64,000 nt of DNA from an uncultured Desulfobacter sp. (GCA_963665095.1 OY762069.1:6624001-6688000); one strand, 5' to 3'; shown: positions 39,389 to 55,018, counted from the first letter of the stretch. Notes: generated by a model from the sequence alone, not told the origin. Numbers and translations are program-made.

Positions 39389-39602
39389 TTTCCCCTTCCT
39401 GATTTACTTTGATTTGAATTGCCAGATCCGGACACCGGAGTTCACACAGCATGCAGGCAATGCAATCTTCCGGCCGGACAGCCTCCACTTTGCCCCGGCT
39501 GTCCAGTTCAAGCACTTTTTTAGGGCAGAAATGAACGCAGATGCCGCATCCCTTGCACCACTCTTGATCTATTACATGTGTGACTGATTTACCTTTTCCC
39601 AT
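39381..39602 (-). CDS. korD: 2x[4Fe-4S] ferredoxin-like delta subunit
   Basis: Motifs CKGCGICVHFCP and CIACMLCELRCP. Confidence 0.9.
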   Translation of the reverse strand: MGKGKSVTHVIDQEWCKGCGICVHFCPKKVLELDSRGKVEAVRPEDCIACMLCELRCPDLAIQIKVNQEGEND

Positions 39603-39801
39603 AAAATATCCTCTTTTAATGCAGGTAAAATACCTCGAAACAAGGCCTTCCTTCAGGTGATTTGATTGGGTATGTCAAGGATAACTCTCATAAAATAAAC
39701 GAAGGCCATTATTTTTCATCTGCTAAGAAAAATCAAGGAAAAAAAGCAGGTTATGTAAGTATTCGCTTGTTTTTCATATATAACTGTTCTGAATTGTTGT
39801 A

Positions 39802-39816
39802 AAAGGTCTGACCTTT
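39802..39816. promoter_or_regulatory. Palindromic operator, GntR/FadR-type
   Basis: Perfect palindrome AAAGGTC-T-GACCTTT in the divergent kor / acyl-CoA ligase intergenic region. Confidence 0.5.
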
Positions 39817-40085
39817 ATCCCTGTATAAAAAATGATTGCGAAAATGATTAAGGCGATATGCCGCCGAATTGCCCGGGAAAGGCGTCCCATGAAAATAGGA
39901 CGGGTTACACGTTATCCTGATTCCGGAACACTGTTTTCTGCTTGACTTGCCTGTTTGATAGGGAATAAAAAGGTTTCTATCATATTGGAAAAAGTTTTTC
40001 AGTATGCTGCGTCCTTGAGTTTGAAAAACCGGTTGTTTGTTTTTATTATTTTACCGTCAGCCCTGGCTGCCCCTTGGGAGGAAAT

Positions 40086-41873
40086 ATGTCCTTTAAAGAT
40101 TATTCAAGTGTGTATCAGATGGTTCGTGAGACTGTGGAAAAGTATGCAGATCAACCTGCCTATCGCTGGTTTGAGCAGGATCATGTTGAAAAATCGGTTA
40201 CCTGGCGGCAGCACAACGACCGGGTAAAGCAGGTGGCAAAAAGTCTGATGGCCTTAGGGCTGGAAAAGGACGACAAGTTCAATATCATCAGTTACTCCTG
40301 TTACCCCTGGGTGTTGACGGATATGGCCGGTATGAGCATCGGTGCCGTGACCGTAGGCATTTACCAGTCCAACCTGCCTAAGGATTGCGAGTACATCATC
40401 AACCATTCCGACGCTGTGGTGATTTTTGCTGAAGACGATGCTCAGCTGGTCAAGCTGATGGAGATCAGGGATCAGATTCCCAATGTCAGAAAAGTGATAA
40501 TGTTTAATGGTGATGACGGGGAGGATGACTGGGTGATCTCTTATAAGACCTTTCTGGAACTTGGCAAAGATATCTCCGATGATGAGTTTGACCGGCGCAG
40601 CCAGGCTGTGACTGCCGATGATGCCGCCGGTATTATTTATACCTCCGGTACCACAGGCGTTCCCAAAGGTGCTGTACTTACCCATGACAATATCTGTTTT
40701 ACTGCCCAGTCGGTTTTCAGCTCCGCTGAATTTACTGACGGATGGGATATGTTTCTGTTTCTGCCCCTGGCCCATGTCTTTGCCAGAACCTGCGTGAATA
40801 CAGCCATTCTCACCGGCAACCGCACCACATTTGCCCGCAGCATAAAAACACTGCTTGAAGATTTCAAACTGGCAGCTCCCCACTGGTTTGTCAGTGTCCC
40901 CAGAATTTTTGAAAAAATTTATACCAAGGTGATCAGTGATGTGGAAGCCAAAGGGGGGGTCACGGAAAAAATATTTAACTGGGCCTGTAATGTGGGGTCT
41001 GAAATCAGTAAGCTCAAGGTAAAAAAACAGCCCATCCCCTTTGGGCTGAATCTCCAATATAAGCTGGCCAGGAAGCTGGTCTTCTCAAAAATTGACGAAG
41101 CCCTGGGCGGCAATGTCCAGTGGTGCATCTCCGGGGCTGCCCCTTTGAGCCCTGACATTGCCAGATTTTTCCATGCAGCAGGTCTTTTGATCCTGGAGGG
41201 CGTCGGCATGACCGAAGATACCTCGTTCAGCCATGTCAACCGGCCGGATAATTATGACTTCGGCGTTGTAGGCCCTCCCGGCCCCGGTGTGGAACATAAA
41301 CTTGATGATGATGGTGAAGTGCTTATTTACGGCCGCAATGTCATGAAAGAGTACTATAAAATGCCCGAGGAGACCTTTTATACATTTTCACCGGACGGAT
41401 GGCTCAAAACCGGGGATATCGGCGAAATTGACGGGAACAATGTCCTGAAAATCACGGGCCGTAAAAAAGACCTGATTATTACCTCCGGCGGCAAGAATAT
41501 CGCTCCGTCAGCCATCGAAGGCCTGATGTGCACCAGCAAATATCTCAACCAGATCTGTGTGGTGGGGGAAAAGCGCAAATACCTGAGCGCCATCGTGACC
41601 CTGGATGAGGAAAATATCAAAGCCTTTGCCCAGGAGCAGGGGATTGCCTACTCAGAGTATAAAGACCTTCTCACCAATGAGAAAGTTGTGGCGTTGATTA
41701 ATGAAGAGGTGGCAAAGAAAAACAAGGAGCTGCCCTCATTTGAAACCCTGAAGCGGGTGACTATTGTGCCGGAGTTCACCATTGACAATGAAATGATGAC
41801 ACCGACTTTTAAGATTAAGAAAAATATTATTATGGATCAGTATAAAGAAGAGATCGAAAAAATGTATGTTTAA
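40086..41873 (+). CDS. Long-chain fatty acid--CoA ligase (AMP-forming)
   Basis: Motifs YTSGTTGVPKG, LPLAH, SGAAPL, GWLKTGD and GRKKDLIITSGGKNIAP. ATG 40086 follows GGAGG. Confidence 0.94.
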   Translation: MSFKDYSSVYQMVRETVEKYADQPAYRWFEQDHVEKSVTWRQHNDRVKQVAKSLMALGLEKDDKFNIISYSCYPWVLTDMAGMSIGAVTVGIYQSNLPKDCEYIINHSDAVVIFAEDDAQLVKLMEIRDQIPNVRKVIMFNGDDGEDDWVISYKTFLELGKDISDDEFDRRSQAVTADDAAGIIYTSGTTGVPKGAVLTHDNICFTAQSVFSSAEFTDGWDMFLFLPLAHVFARTCVNTAILTGNRTTFARSIKTLLEDFKLAAPHWFVSVPRIFEKIYTKVISDVEAKGGVTEKIFNWACNVGSEISKLKVKKQPIPFGLNLQYKLARKLVFSKIDEALGGNVQWCISGAAPLSPDIARFFHAAGLLILEGVGMTEDTSFSHVNRPDNYDFGVVGPPGPGVEHKLDDDGEVLIYGRNVMKEYYKMPEETFYTFSPDGWLKTGDIGEIDGNNVLKITGRKKDLIITSGGKNIAPSAIEGLMCTSKYLNQICVVGEKRKYLSAIVTLDEENIKAFAQEQGIAYSEYKDLLTNEKVVALINEEVAKKNKELPSFETLKRVTIVPEFTIDNEMMTPTFKIKKNIIMDQYKEEIEKMYV

Positions 41874-41925
41874 TCACCCTGCGGCCGGATAGCTTCCGGC
41901 CGCATTCTATGATATATCACAGCCC

Positions 41926-42825
41926 ATGAACGAAAACTGTGACATGGCTGTCTCCGTGATTATCCCTACCTTTAACCGGGCCCATGTCCTGGGCCGGGCT
42001 GTTGATTCCGTACTGGCGCAGGATTACGGGCTCCTGGACATTGTGGTGGTGGATGACGGCTCAACGGACAACACCCCTGAACTGCTCGAAGGATACGGGG
42101 ATAAGATCCGGGTGCTGCACCAGGTAAATAAAGGGGTGTCTGCGGCAAGGAATCTTGGGATCCGGGAGAGCTGTGGCAGATTCATAGCGCTGCTGGATTC
42201 GGACGATGCCTGGACCCCGGATAAGATTTCTACCCAGATGACCTTTTTTGATGCCCATCCCCGGGCCATGATCTGCCAGACCGAGGAGATCTGGATCCGC
42301 AACGGCCGGCGGGTCAACCCAAAGGTGAAACATAAAAAGCCTTCCGGGATGATTTTTGCCCCAAGCCTTAAGTTGTGTCTGGTCAGCCCGTCAGCCGTGA
42401 TGATGAAGCGCGAGTTGCTGGACCAAAAAGGGGGATTCAACGAGGCATTCCCTGTGTGTGAGGATTATGATCTGTGGTTGCGAATCACAGCTGATACCCC
42501 GGTGTTTCTCATCGACGCGCCGTGTACCATTAAGTACGGGGGGCATGCAGACCAGTTATCTGCCTCCCGCTCCCAGGACCGGTACAGGATTGCCGCCATG
42601 GTGAATCTGCTGCGATCAGGCACGCTTTCCCATGAACAAAAAGCGCAGACCGTTCAGGTGCTGCAGGCCAGATGCCTGGTTTACGGAAACGGATGCGTTA
42701 AACGGGGAAGGCAGGAGGAGGGGGCCTGGTATCTTGCCCTGGCCCATGCAGAGGCCTGGACTCTGCTGGATCCGGCGGCCGGTAGTCTTGCTGAACTCTG
42801 TGGGCCACTGGTCATGGATCAGTGA
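41926..42825 (+). CDS. Glycosyltransferase family 2
   Basis: Motifs VSVIIPTFNR, VVDDGSTD, GVSAARN, LDSDD and EDYDLWLR. Confidence 0.92.
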   Translation: MNENCDMAVSVIIPTFNRAHVLGRAVDSVLAQDYGLLDIVVVDDGSTDNTPELLEGYGDKIRVLHQVNKGVSAARNLGIRESCGRFIALLDSDDAWTPDKISTQMTFFDAHPRAMICQTEEIWIRNGRRVNPKVKHKKPSGMIFAPSLKLCLVSPSAVMMKRELLDQKGGFNEAFPVCEDYDLWLRITADTPVFLIDAPCTIKYGGHADQLSASRSQDRYRIAAMVNLLRSGTLSHEQKAQTVQVLQARCLVYGNGCVKRGRQEEGAWYLALAHAEAWTLLDPAAGSLAELCGPLVMDQ

Positions 42826-45301
42826 TGATCAGTTCAAAATGGCTGCCCACCTCATCATTGACTGATAATTCCTGAATTTTGCACCGGCCCTGGTCTGTTT
42901 CCAGTGTGAGCGAGGTATGGGGGCCCATGATCACCGTCCCCTGGGTAATACCCTGCTGGGCAAGAACGCGGGCCTGGTGCCCGGTTCTCATGTGGAACTC
43001 CTTTAACCCCCGTTTCTTCAGCATAATGGCTTTATTGCAGGCTAACGTTTCTTCCAGAGCCTTTTTTTTCTCCTCAAGTTCTTTCAGGTTTTTATCATGG
43101 CTTTCAAAGCACTCATTGAGCACCTGATCAATCTCTTTAAGCCTTGCTGATAGTGATTTTTGTTGCGCCATGGCAAGGCTCACGGCCTTCTGGTCATTGA
43201 GCCGCCTGTATTCGGCCAGTTCTGTCTCATTTTTTTCAATATCTGCTGAGATCTTTTCCTGTTCCCGGGATTTGATTGCAATCACGGCATAGATTTCCTG
43301 ATCCTGGTCTTCCAGGGCTTCAATGTCATCTTTTACCTCCTGCATACGCCCCATGGACATATTGAGCTCTGAATCAAGTTGCTCCTGCCAGAACCGGATA
43401 TGGTCCTCCACTCCGGTGCGTATCTGGGATGGTTTGGATGCCGGTGTGCCGATACGACCCGCTTCCACACCGTTTCTGGCCGCTATTTTCGAACCCATTA
43501 CCGTACCTCCGGGATTCTGGCAGGTGCCGCTGAGCAGCAGTTGCGAATCAATGATCTCCTTCTGGATCACAATGTCGCCAAAGGCGTTGGCCGTGGAGTT
43601 GTTGATAAATTTGGCATAGATGTTTCCCACCGAAGCCACTTGCGTGTCTGTGATGCCGTCTGACACGCACAGGTCTCCGGACAGTTCAATGGCAGCCCCT
43701 TCCACCTCTCTGGCAGTCAGGCTGACTCCCTTAACGGAAAACCCCTCCCTGACCCGGCCTGAAATAACAATGTGCCCCTTAAAATCAATGTTGCCTGTAC
43801 TGAAATCAATGTCGCCGTCAATGCTCAGTTCCGGGTTGACGGAGATCTCGCCCATGGGGTCCAGGTGGGGATGGCCGTCCGTATCCGCATGGATGCTCAG
43901 TCCGTCTTGGGACACACGCGTGCCGGGTCCCGCCAGGAATACCGGATCCAGCGGCTCTTCAACCTCAATGGGGTCGCCACAGACGCTTACCCCGTCCCTG
44001 CCTGGCCGGGCAGGGATTTTTTCAGCAACCAGATCCCCCTGGTGTACAAAGGGAATTGCCCCTCTGTTCCTGAAATCAATCCGGCCGTCATCCATGATTT
44101 TACCCGGGTTGGTGTAGTTGGTTTCGAACCGGTAGGTGACCTTTCCATCCTCTCCGTGTACCGGCGGGGTGCCCGTGGCAATTTCAAAGGGCGCATCTGC
44201 TGGCTGTACGGTTGTGATCCACGATTCAATGGCCTGGTCGTCCACAATGCCGAACCGGATCTCTTTAATGCGCAGAAGGTCTAAAATGCCGGCAAGCTTG
44301 ATGGCGTCCCGCTCTTCGCTGGAGCAGGATTTCAGACTGATCAGGGCATGCACCCTGTCCGGGGAGGTCGTGATGGTGACAAGATCAGGCAGATCCCGTT
44401 TTTCAAAGGGCTGTTCCGGTTCAAAGGATGAGGAAAACTGGTTTGAATTTTCCGGCGGGGCGTAAAGGGTTCTCATGATTCTGCCTTTAATCGGTTCAAG
44501 GTCCGGATCGGAAATTGAATCCAGGCTTTCCTGCGTGCTGCTCTTCTGGCTGTCCGGGTCAAAAAGCCTGCCTAAAAGAATATCTAACGGTTCAATATCA
44601 ATATCCATGGCGATATTCTGGAACAGGATGTCAGCGGATCTGGCCAGCTGGGAAAACTGCCGGCTCAATGCCTCAGCCGTGACAGGTATGGCATAGGCAT
44701 CCATGCGGCTGCCAAGGCTTGAGGGATCTTTTTTCTGCTGAAATGCCGCCTGAAGCCTGCTGCTGATTCTGATCCGTTCCTTCTTTAATGCCTGGACCCG
44801 TTCTTTAAGACCGGCCTCTTTATTTTTCAGGCGCTGGGCAATTTTGAACATCTGTTTGTTCTGGTAAGAGGTGGCCTCCTCCAGGCGTGCCCGTTTTTGC
44901 TCCTTTGATGCAGCCTCAAGACAGATACCCGCCTGCCGGACCAGTTCCTCATGGGCATGGCCTGCAGGGATCAGCCCATTTACCCGGGCATCATTCACAG
45001 CTTTGAGCAGACGCTCTCCTTTGCTTTTTTCCAGGACTTTTTCGATGATCAGCAGCCGTCGGGTCACAGGTGACAGGTGTCTGCTCTGGATGAGAACATC
45101 AATTACATCAAAATTTTTTAACCGGGTGTCGGCAATAAAGAGGTGGTATGAATTTGTATCTTCAAGTGCCTCCATAACCATTTGAGGGGAGGTAACCCGG
45201 GTGACGGACCAGTTGTTGGCCCGGCATGTCCGGTCCAGGCGCAGGCCGGATTCGTCCTCTGGAACGGCACTCAGTATTTTGTAATGGCCTGCGTCACTCA
45301 T
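42812..45301 (-). CDS. FapA (DUF342) family protein with an N-terminal degenerate receiver domain and coiled coil
   Basis: DUF342 motifs IATGTPPVHGEDG, GRIDFR and GDIDFSTGNIDFKG, beta-helix repeats and a C-terminal coiled coil. ATG 45301 overlaps the upstream gene's 3' end. Confidence 0.85.
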   Translation of the reverse strand: MSDAGHYKILSAVPEDESGLRLDRTCRANNWSVTRVTSPQMVMEALEDTNSYHLFIADTRLKNFDVIDVLIQSRHLSPVTRRLLIIEKVLEKSKGERLLKAVNDARVNGLIPAGHAHEELVRQAGICLEAASKEQKRARLEEATSYQNKQMFKIAQRLKNKEAGLKERVQALKKERIRISSRLQAAFQQKKDPSSLGSRMDAYAIPVTAEALSRQFSQLARSADILFQNIAMDIDIEPLDILLGRLFDPDSQKSSTQESLDSISDPDLEPIKGRIMRTLYAPPENSNQFSSSFEPEQPFEKRDLPDLVTITTSPDRVHALISLKSCSSEERDAIKLAGILDLLRIKEIRFGIVDDQAIESWITTVQPADAPFEIATGTPPVHGEDGKVTYRFETNYTNPGKIMDDGRIDFRNRGAIPFVHQGDLVAEKIPARPGRDGVSVCGDPIEVEEPLDPVFLAGPGTRVSQDGLSIHADTDGHPHLDPMGEISVNPELSIDGDIDFSTGNIDFKGHIVISGRVREGFSVKGVSLTAREVEGAAIELSGDLCVSDGITDTQVASVGNIYAKFINNSTANAFGDIVIQKEIIDSQLLLSGTCQNPGGTVMGSKIAARNGVEAGRIGTPASKPSQIRTGVEDHIRFWQEQLDSELNMSMGRMQEVKDDIEALEDQDQEIYAVIAIKSREQEKISADIEKNETELAEYRRLNDQKAVSLAMAQQKSLSARLKEIDQVLNECFESHDKNLKELEEKKKALEETLACNKAIMLKKRGLKEFHMRTGHQARVLAQQGITQGTVIMGPHTSLTLETDQGRCKIQELSVNDEVGSHFELIITDP

Positions 45302-46130
45302 TTTTATCTGCCTTATCTGTTTCCAAGACCTCACCGGAGGCAGTGTCCAACGGGTGCTCCTGTGTGGGAATGCCTGCGGTCAGCTCTGAAAATTCGGGCA
45401 ATTCAATCCCGTTGCCCAGGGCCAGATCCGTGAAATCAGCGTGCAGGGAGACAAGTACCTCCTCGTAGAGGCTTGCCAGGACCGTACTTGGGTCTTTCTG
45501 GCCGGTTTCAAGGTATTGCCTGATCTTATCAACCAGTTTTCCGGGAGGCAGGGGGCGTTTAAGGGTCTTGCCTTTCAGCTGAGTTCCAAGTTTTTCCACT
45601 TCCTGTTCCAGATGTGCCAGCTCCTTTTCATAGGATTTGGTGGTTTCGATCAGTTCACAGTTTAACTCATAGAGCTTTCCGTTCTGTTTTCTGGCCAGAT
45701 GAAACATCCGGCGGGCCGTTTGATTCTGTTCAAATTCGGAAAGCCCGTTTTTGATGATTTCTGACAACACTTCCGGGGAATAGGGTGTCTGGATACACCG
45801 GTGAACCCCTGCCAGGTTTACAGCCTCTGCCACCATTGCCGGATCAAAATTTTCAGACACAAGAAAGCGAAGGGTGTCTGCCGAAGAAGTCCTGACCCGG
45901 CGCAGCAGATCTGTTCCGTTCATTTCCTGGATCCGGTTGTCACAGATAATAATGGAAAAGGCGGGCCGGGATGATTGCACCATCTGCAAAGCACTGTCAG
46001 CATCTTCTGCATGAACAACGCTGATATTTAAGTCTTTAAGCGCCTGGCCTGCGGCATGGCTGTATCCGGACAGGCTGCCTGCCGTGAGAACTTTGTGGTT
46101 GTGCTGATAAGATTTGTCGGAAGCGGTCAT
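45294..46130 (-). CDS. Atypical response-regulator receiver plus coiled-coil protein
   Basis: IIICDNRIQEMNGTDLL...AVN...IQTPY receiver-like fold with no recognisable output domain. Confidence 0.8.
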   Translation of the reverse strand: MTASDKSYQHNHKVLTAGSLSGYSHAAGQALKDLNISVVHAEDADSALQMVQSSRPAFSIIICDNRIQEMNGTDLLRRVRTSSADTLRFLVSENFDPAMVAEAVNLAGVHRCIQTPYSPEVLSEIIKNGLSEFEQNQTARRMFHLARKQNGKLYELNCELIETTKSYEKELAHLEQEVEKLGTQLKGKTLKRPLPPGKLVDKIRQYLETGQKDPSTVLASLYEEVLVSLHADFTDLALGNGIELPEFSELTAGIPTQEHPLDTASGEVLETDKADKNE

Positions 46131-46265
46131 GTAAAAATATCTGGGTTAATATCTTCTGCGTATTGGCTATTTATCGGTGGTGTTTCCTCAATTAATGTTA
46201 AGGTTTCCTGCATTATAAAAAAAAACTGGGCAATAATGCAACGCATTGTTACAGGTGCCAGAGAA

Positions 46266-51080
<4,815 letters not shown>

Positions 51081-51172
51081 ACTCCCCCCGCTTTTCAATA
51101 TATCTGTTTACTTTAGGCTGTAGGAACGGCTTTTTTTAAAAAGTTTAAGCGTTTCAGGCAGAATATCACCAT

Positions 51173-52201
51173 TTATTCTGGATCTGCATTTCGTTTGGCA
51201 AGTTCAATTATTTCATCGATATGAGCTTCAAATGCAGCTACCAGGGCAGGGTCAAAATGTTTCCCGGATTCATCTTTAATCAGTGCAACAGCTCTGTCAA
51301 AGGGCCATGCCTCTTTGTATGGCCGTTTGCTCACAAGCGCGTCAAAGACGTCGGCAACGGCCACTATACGGCCTGCAAGCGGTATGTTCTCACCTTTAAG
51401 TCCTTGCGGATAGCCTGTGCCGTCCCATTTCTCATGATGGGTCAGAGCCACGATTCCTGCCATGCTCAGGAGCATATTGTCATGCTCCCCTATGATCCTG
51501 GCACCAATTTCCGTGTGCTGTTCCAAGATGGCTCTCTCTTCTGGATTCAGCCGTCCCGGCTTGCGAAGAATATTATCCGGAATACCGATTTTGCCAACGT
51601 CATGCATGGGAGAAGCGTTTAATATTAAATCAGCCTCTTCTTTGCTCATACCAATACCCGTTGCCATGACCCTGCAGTAATAGCTCATACGGATGACGTG
51701 CATGCCTGTTTCATTGTCTTTGTATTCTGCGGCAAGGCCTAACCGCCGGATGATTTCAAGCCTGCTTCGGTTGAGCGCTTTTGTCCGCTCATGGACCAGG
51801 TCCTCCAGTGCCCTGTTCTGGTCGTACAGTTTCAGATGCGTTCTGACCCTGGCCAGGACCACCGGAGGACTTACAGGTTTTGTGATATAATCCACCGCGC
51901 CTAATTCAAATCCCCGGGCCTCATCCGTTACCTCATCCATTGCAGTGACAAAGATCACGGGGATGTTTTTTGTAAGAAGATTCCTCTTCAACCGTGTGCA
52001 GACAGTATAACCGTCCATTTCAGGCATCATGATGTCAAGCAGGATAATGTCCGGCCTGAAACGCAATGCTATCTCCAAAGCTTTGGCCCCGTTGGTTGCC
52101 GCCTTTACGTTGTAATCAACCAGGATGTTGGACAAAACAGCAATATTATCGGGGATGTCGTCTACGATGAGAATGGTTGGTTTGTCGGCACCATTTGTCA
52201 T
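51173..52201 (-). CDS. Response regulator with HD-GYP c-di-GMP phosphodiesterase domain (RpfG-like)
   Basis: Receiver motifs ILIVDD, LLDIMMP and YITKP, then MHDVGKIG, HHEKWDGTGYP and KRPYK. Confidence 0.94.
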   Translation of the reverse strand: MTNGADKPTILIVDDIPDNIAVLSNILVDYNVKAATNGAKALEIALRFRPDIILLDIMMPEMDGYTVCTRLKRNLLTKNIPVIFVTAMDEVTDEARGFELGAVDYITKPVSPPVVLARVRTHLKLYDQNRALEDLVHERTKALNRSRLEIIRRLGLAAEYKDNETGMHVIRMSYYCRVMATGIGMSKEEADLILNASPMHDVGKIGIPDNILRKPGRLNPEERAILEQHTEIGARIIGEHDNMLLSMAGIVALTHHEKWDGTGYPQGLKGENIPLAGRIVAVADVFDALVSKRPYKEAWPFDRAVALIKDESGKHFDPALVAAFEAHIDEIIELAKRNADPE

Positions 52202-52602
52202 ATTTTATTCCCCAATGACACGGTAAAATATTGTCCTTTACGCTTTAAGCAGCCTGCACAATTGACACGTGTGTTCAGGTTGATGTCATCCCAATTCGTC
52301 TTAAATCTTAGTGTTAAACTGGGGACCGGACTTTTGGGATCACCCGCAAAGATCACATAAGCCCATAAGGAAGAGGTAACGTTTTTCATATCATATCACA
52401 TCCGGCCGCAGCTTCTATAGAAAATATATAAGATGGTTTCTTTTCAAAAACCCGTAAATAAAACTGCTTTAAAATAAAGGGTGCGACACAGGTAAACGCA
52501 GCTGAGGGCATTTTGATGGCATCAAAGGGGATGAAGCTTGACAACAAGGGACAACTTTGAGTAATTTGTGAGCAAATTTTATATATATAAGGAGGCAGCT
52601 CA

Positions 52603-53352
52603 ATGGAAGATGTTACTCCGTCCAACTTTCAGGATCTTTCAAAAGAGAAACAGCAGGCACTGGTTATTGACATGTTCACCCGGATTGTTGCCCATTACGG
52701 CCTCTGGTTCAATGAGGTCCAGCATCAGATGGGCATGGAAAAAGCCCTGACCGCACTGGATAAGGCCACGCAATCCACCGTCGGCATTTTGATGAAGCAT
52801 CTGTCCGGGGTGCTCGGGTTTGAACAGAACAAGGGGATTCCCAATGCCCTGGCGGCACTGGATGACAGCCAGATGGAAAAATTAACCGCCGCCATTGGCA
52901 AATCCTGGCTGGCCAATGACGGGGTCTGGTTTCAGGCTGTGGAGTTTGACCATGGCATGAATGACGCCAAACGGTGTAATGATTCCTGCTGGACCCGGTT
53001 CTCCCCCTTTGAGGCCCACCGGATTAAGAAACTGCTGGGCCTTGGGGAATTCCCCGGCCTGGACGGTCTTAAAAAAGCATTGAACTTCAGGATGTACGCC
53101 TTTATCAACCGTCAGGGTATTGTGGATGAAGGCCCAAACAGTTTTATTTTCCAGATGAACGAATGCCGGGTCCAGCGGGCAAGGATACGCAAGGGCCTGG
53201 ATGATTATCCTTGTAAATCAGCAGGACTTGTGGAATATGCCCGTTTTGCCGAGGGCGTTGACAAACGGATAAAAACCGAATGCATCGGGTGTCCGCCGGA
53301 TCCCCATCCTGATGACTGGTTCTGTGCCTGGCGGTTTACCCTGGCCGAATGA
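52603..53352 (+). CDS. DUF6125 family protein
   Basis: Duplicated (Y/D)G(L/V)WF motifs, CRVQRAR, YPCK and CIGCPPD...WFCAWRF. AGGAGG SD. Confidence 0.72.
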   Translation: MEDVTPSNFQDLSKEKQQALVIDMFTRIVAHYGLWFNEVQHQMGMEKALTALDKATQSTVGILMKHLSGVLGFEQNKGIPNALAALDDSQMEKLTAAIGKSWLANDGVWFQAVEFDHGMNDAKRCNDSCWTRFSPFEAHRIKKLLGLGEFPGLDGLKKALNFRMYAFINRQGIVDEGPNSFIFQMNECRVQRARIRKGLDDYPCKSAGLVEYARFAEGVDKRIKTECIGCPPDPHPDDWFCAWRFTLAE

Positions 53353-53427
53353 TATTAAGCTCGCTGTCCAGGAAATAACAGAACGTTTAAAGCGAAAAAT
53401 TAAATACATAGAGAAGGAATGCGAATT

Positions 53428-54981
53428 ATGGGAGTCACTTCCGATAAAATTCAGGAATTGAAGCAGAAAGAGGCAAAGATCATGGCCATGGGCGGGGAGA
53501 AAGCCCTGGCCAAGCGGCGTGAAAAAGGGGTTCTCAATGCCAGGCAGCGCCTGGATCTGCTCTTTGATGCCGGGACCTTCAGGGAACTGGACATGTTTGT
53601 GACCCACCGGTGTACCAATTTTGGCATGGAAACCAAAGAGATTCCCGCAGACGGCGTGGTGACCGGCCATGGCAAGGTTAACGGCCGCCTCGTGTTTGCC
53701 TATGCCCAGGATTTTACGGCCCGGGCAGGGTCCTTAGGAGAGATGCAGGCCAAAAAGATCTGCAAGGTCATGGATCTGGCCATGAAGGCAGGCGCCCCCA
53801 TTATCGGTATGAATGACTCTGGCGGTGCCAGAATCCAGGAGGGGATTGATGCCCTGTCCGGATACGGCGAGATTTTTTTCCGGAACTCTGCAGCTTCCGG
53901 TGTGATTCCTCAGATATCCGCCATCATGGGCCCCACAGCAGGCGGGGCTGTTTATTCTCCGGCCATGACCGACTTTATTTTTATGGTTAAAGAGAGCTCC
54001 TATATGTTTATTACCGGTCCCAACGTGATCAAGGCCGTGACCGGGGAGGAGATCTCCTTTGAGGACTTAGGCGGTGCCATGGCGCACAACGAGAAGTCCG
54101 GCGTGGCCCAGTTTGCCTGCGACTCGGATGAAGACTGCATTGAGCAGATCAAAAATCTGTTGTCATATCTGCCGTCCAACAACATGGAAGACCCCCCCAT
54201 TGTCCCCACAGGGGATGATCCCGGCCGCATGGACCCGGATCTTGATACCATCATCCCGGACAGCCCCAACCAGGGGTATGACATCAAAAAGGTGATCGCG
54301 TCCATTGTGGACAACGGCGATTTTTTCGAACCCCACCAGTATTTTGCCAAAAACATTGTTACCTGCTTTGCCCGGCTCAACGGCCGGCCCATCGGTATCA
54401 TTGCCAACCAGCCCAATGTCATGGCCGGATGCCTGGACATTGACGCCTCAGACAAAGCCACCCGGTTTATCCGGTTTTGCGACGCGTTTAACATTCCCAT
54501 GCTAACCATTGCAGACGTGCCGGGCTACCTGCCCGGTTCCAACCAGGAGTGGGGCGGTATCATCCGCCACGGGGCCAAGCTGCTCTGGTGCTACTCCGAA
54601 GCCACGGTACCCAAACTTCTGCTGATCACAAGAAAAGATTACGGTGGATCATATCTGGCCATGTGCTCCAAGCACCTTGGCGCGGACATGGCCTTTGCCT
54701 GGCCCACGGCCCAGGTGGCTGTTATGGGCGCTGAAGGGGCCGCCAATATCATCCATGCCAGAGAAATTAAAAACAGCGAAGACCCGGTTGCCACCCGCAA
54801 GCAGAAAATCGAAGAGTACAACGAACAGTTCTCCAATCCCTATTGCGCGGCTGCAAGGGGGTATGTGGATGCTGTGATTGTGCCAAGTGAAACCCGGCCA
54901 AGACTGATTGATGCCCTTGAGGCGGTTGCCAACAAACGCGAATACCGGCCCGCCAAAAAACACGGCAATATCCCGGTGTAA
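53428..54981 (+). CDS. Methylmalonyl-CoA/acyl-CoA carboxyltransferase (transcarboxylase 12S-like)
   Basis: Motifs DGVVTG, DSGGARIQEG, AGGAVYSPAMTD, DVPGYLPG and KKHGNIP. Confidence 0.93.
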   Translation: MGVTSDKIQELKQKEAKIMAMGGEKALAKRREKGVLNARQRLDLLFDAGTFRELDMFVTHRCTNFGMETKEIPADGVVTGHGKVNGRLVFAYAQDFTARAGSLGEMQAKKICKVMDLAMKAGAPIIGMNDSGGARIQEGIDALSGYGEIFFRNSAASGVIPQISAIMGPTAGGAVYSPAMTDFIFMVKESSYMFITGPNVIKAVTGEEISFEDLGGAMAHNEKSGVAQFACDSDEDCIEQIKNLLSYLPSNNMEDPPIVPTGDDPGRMDPDLDTIIPDSPNQGYDIKKVIASIVDNGDFFEPHQYFAKNIVTCFARLNGRPIGIIANQPNVMAGCLDIDASDKATRFIRFCDAFNIPMLTIADVPGYLPGSNQEWGGIIRHGAKLLWCYSEATVPKLLLITRKDYGGSYLAMCSKHLGADMAFAWPTAQVAVMGAEGAANIIHAREIKNSEDPVATRKQKIEEYNEQFSNPYCAAARGYVDAVIVPSETRPRLIDALEAVANKREYRPAKKHGNIPV

Positions 54982-55018
54982 TGAAAAAATAAACCACAGG
55001 GCAAGGAGATATACCTGA

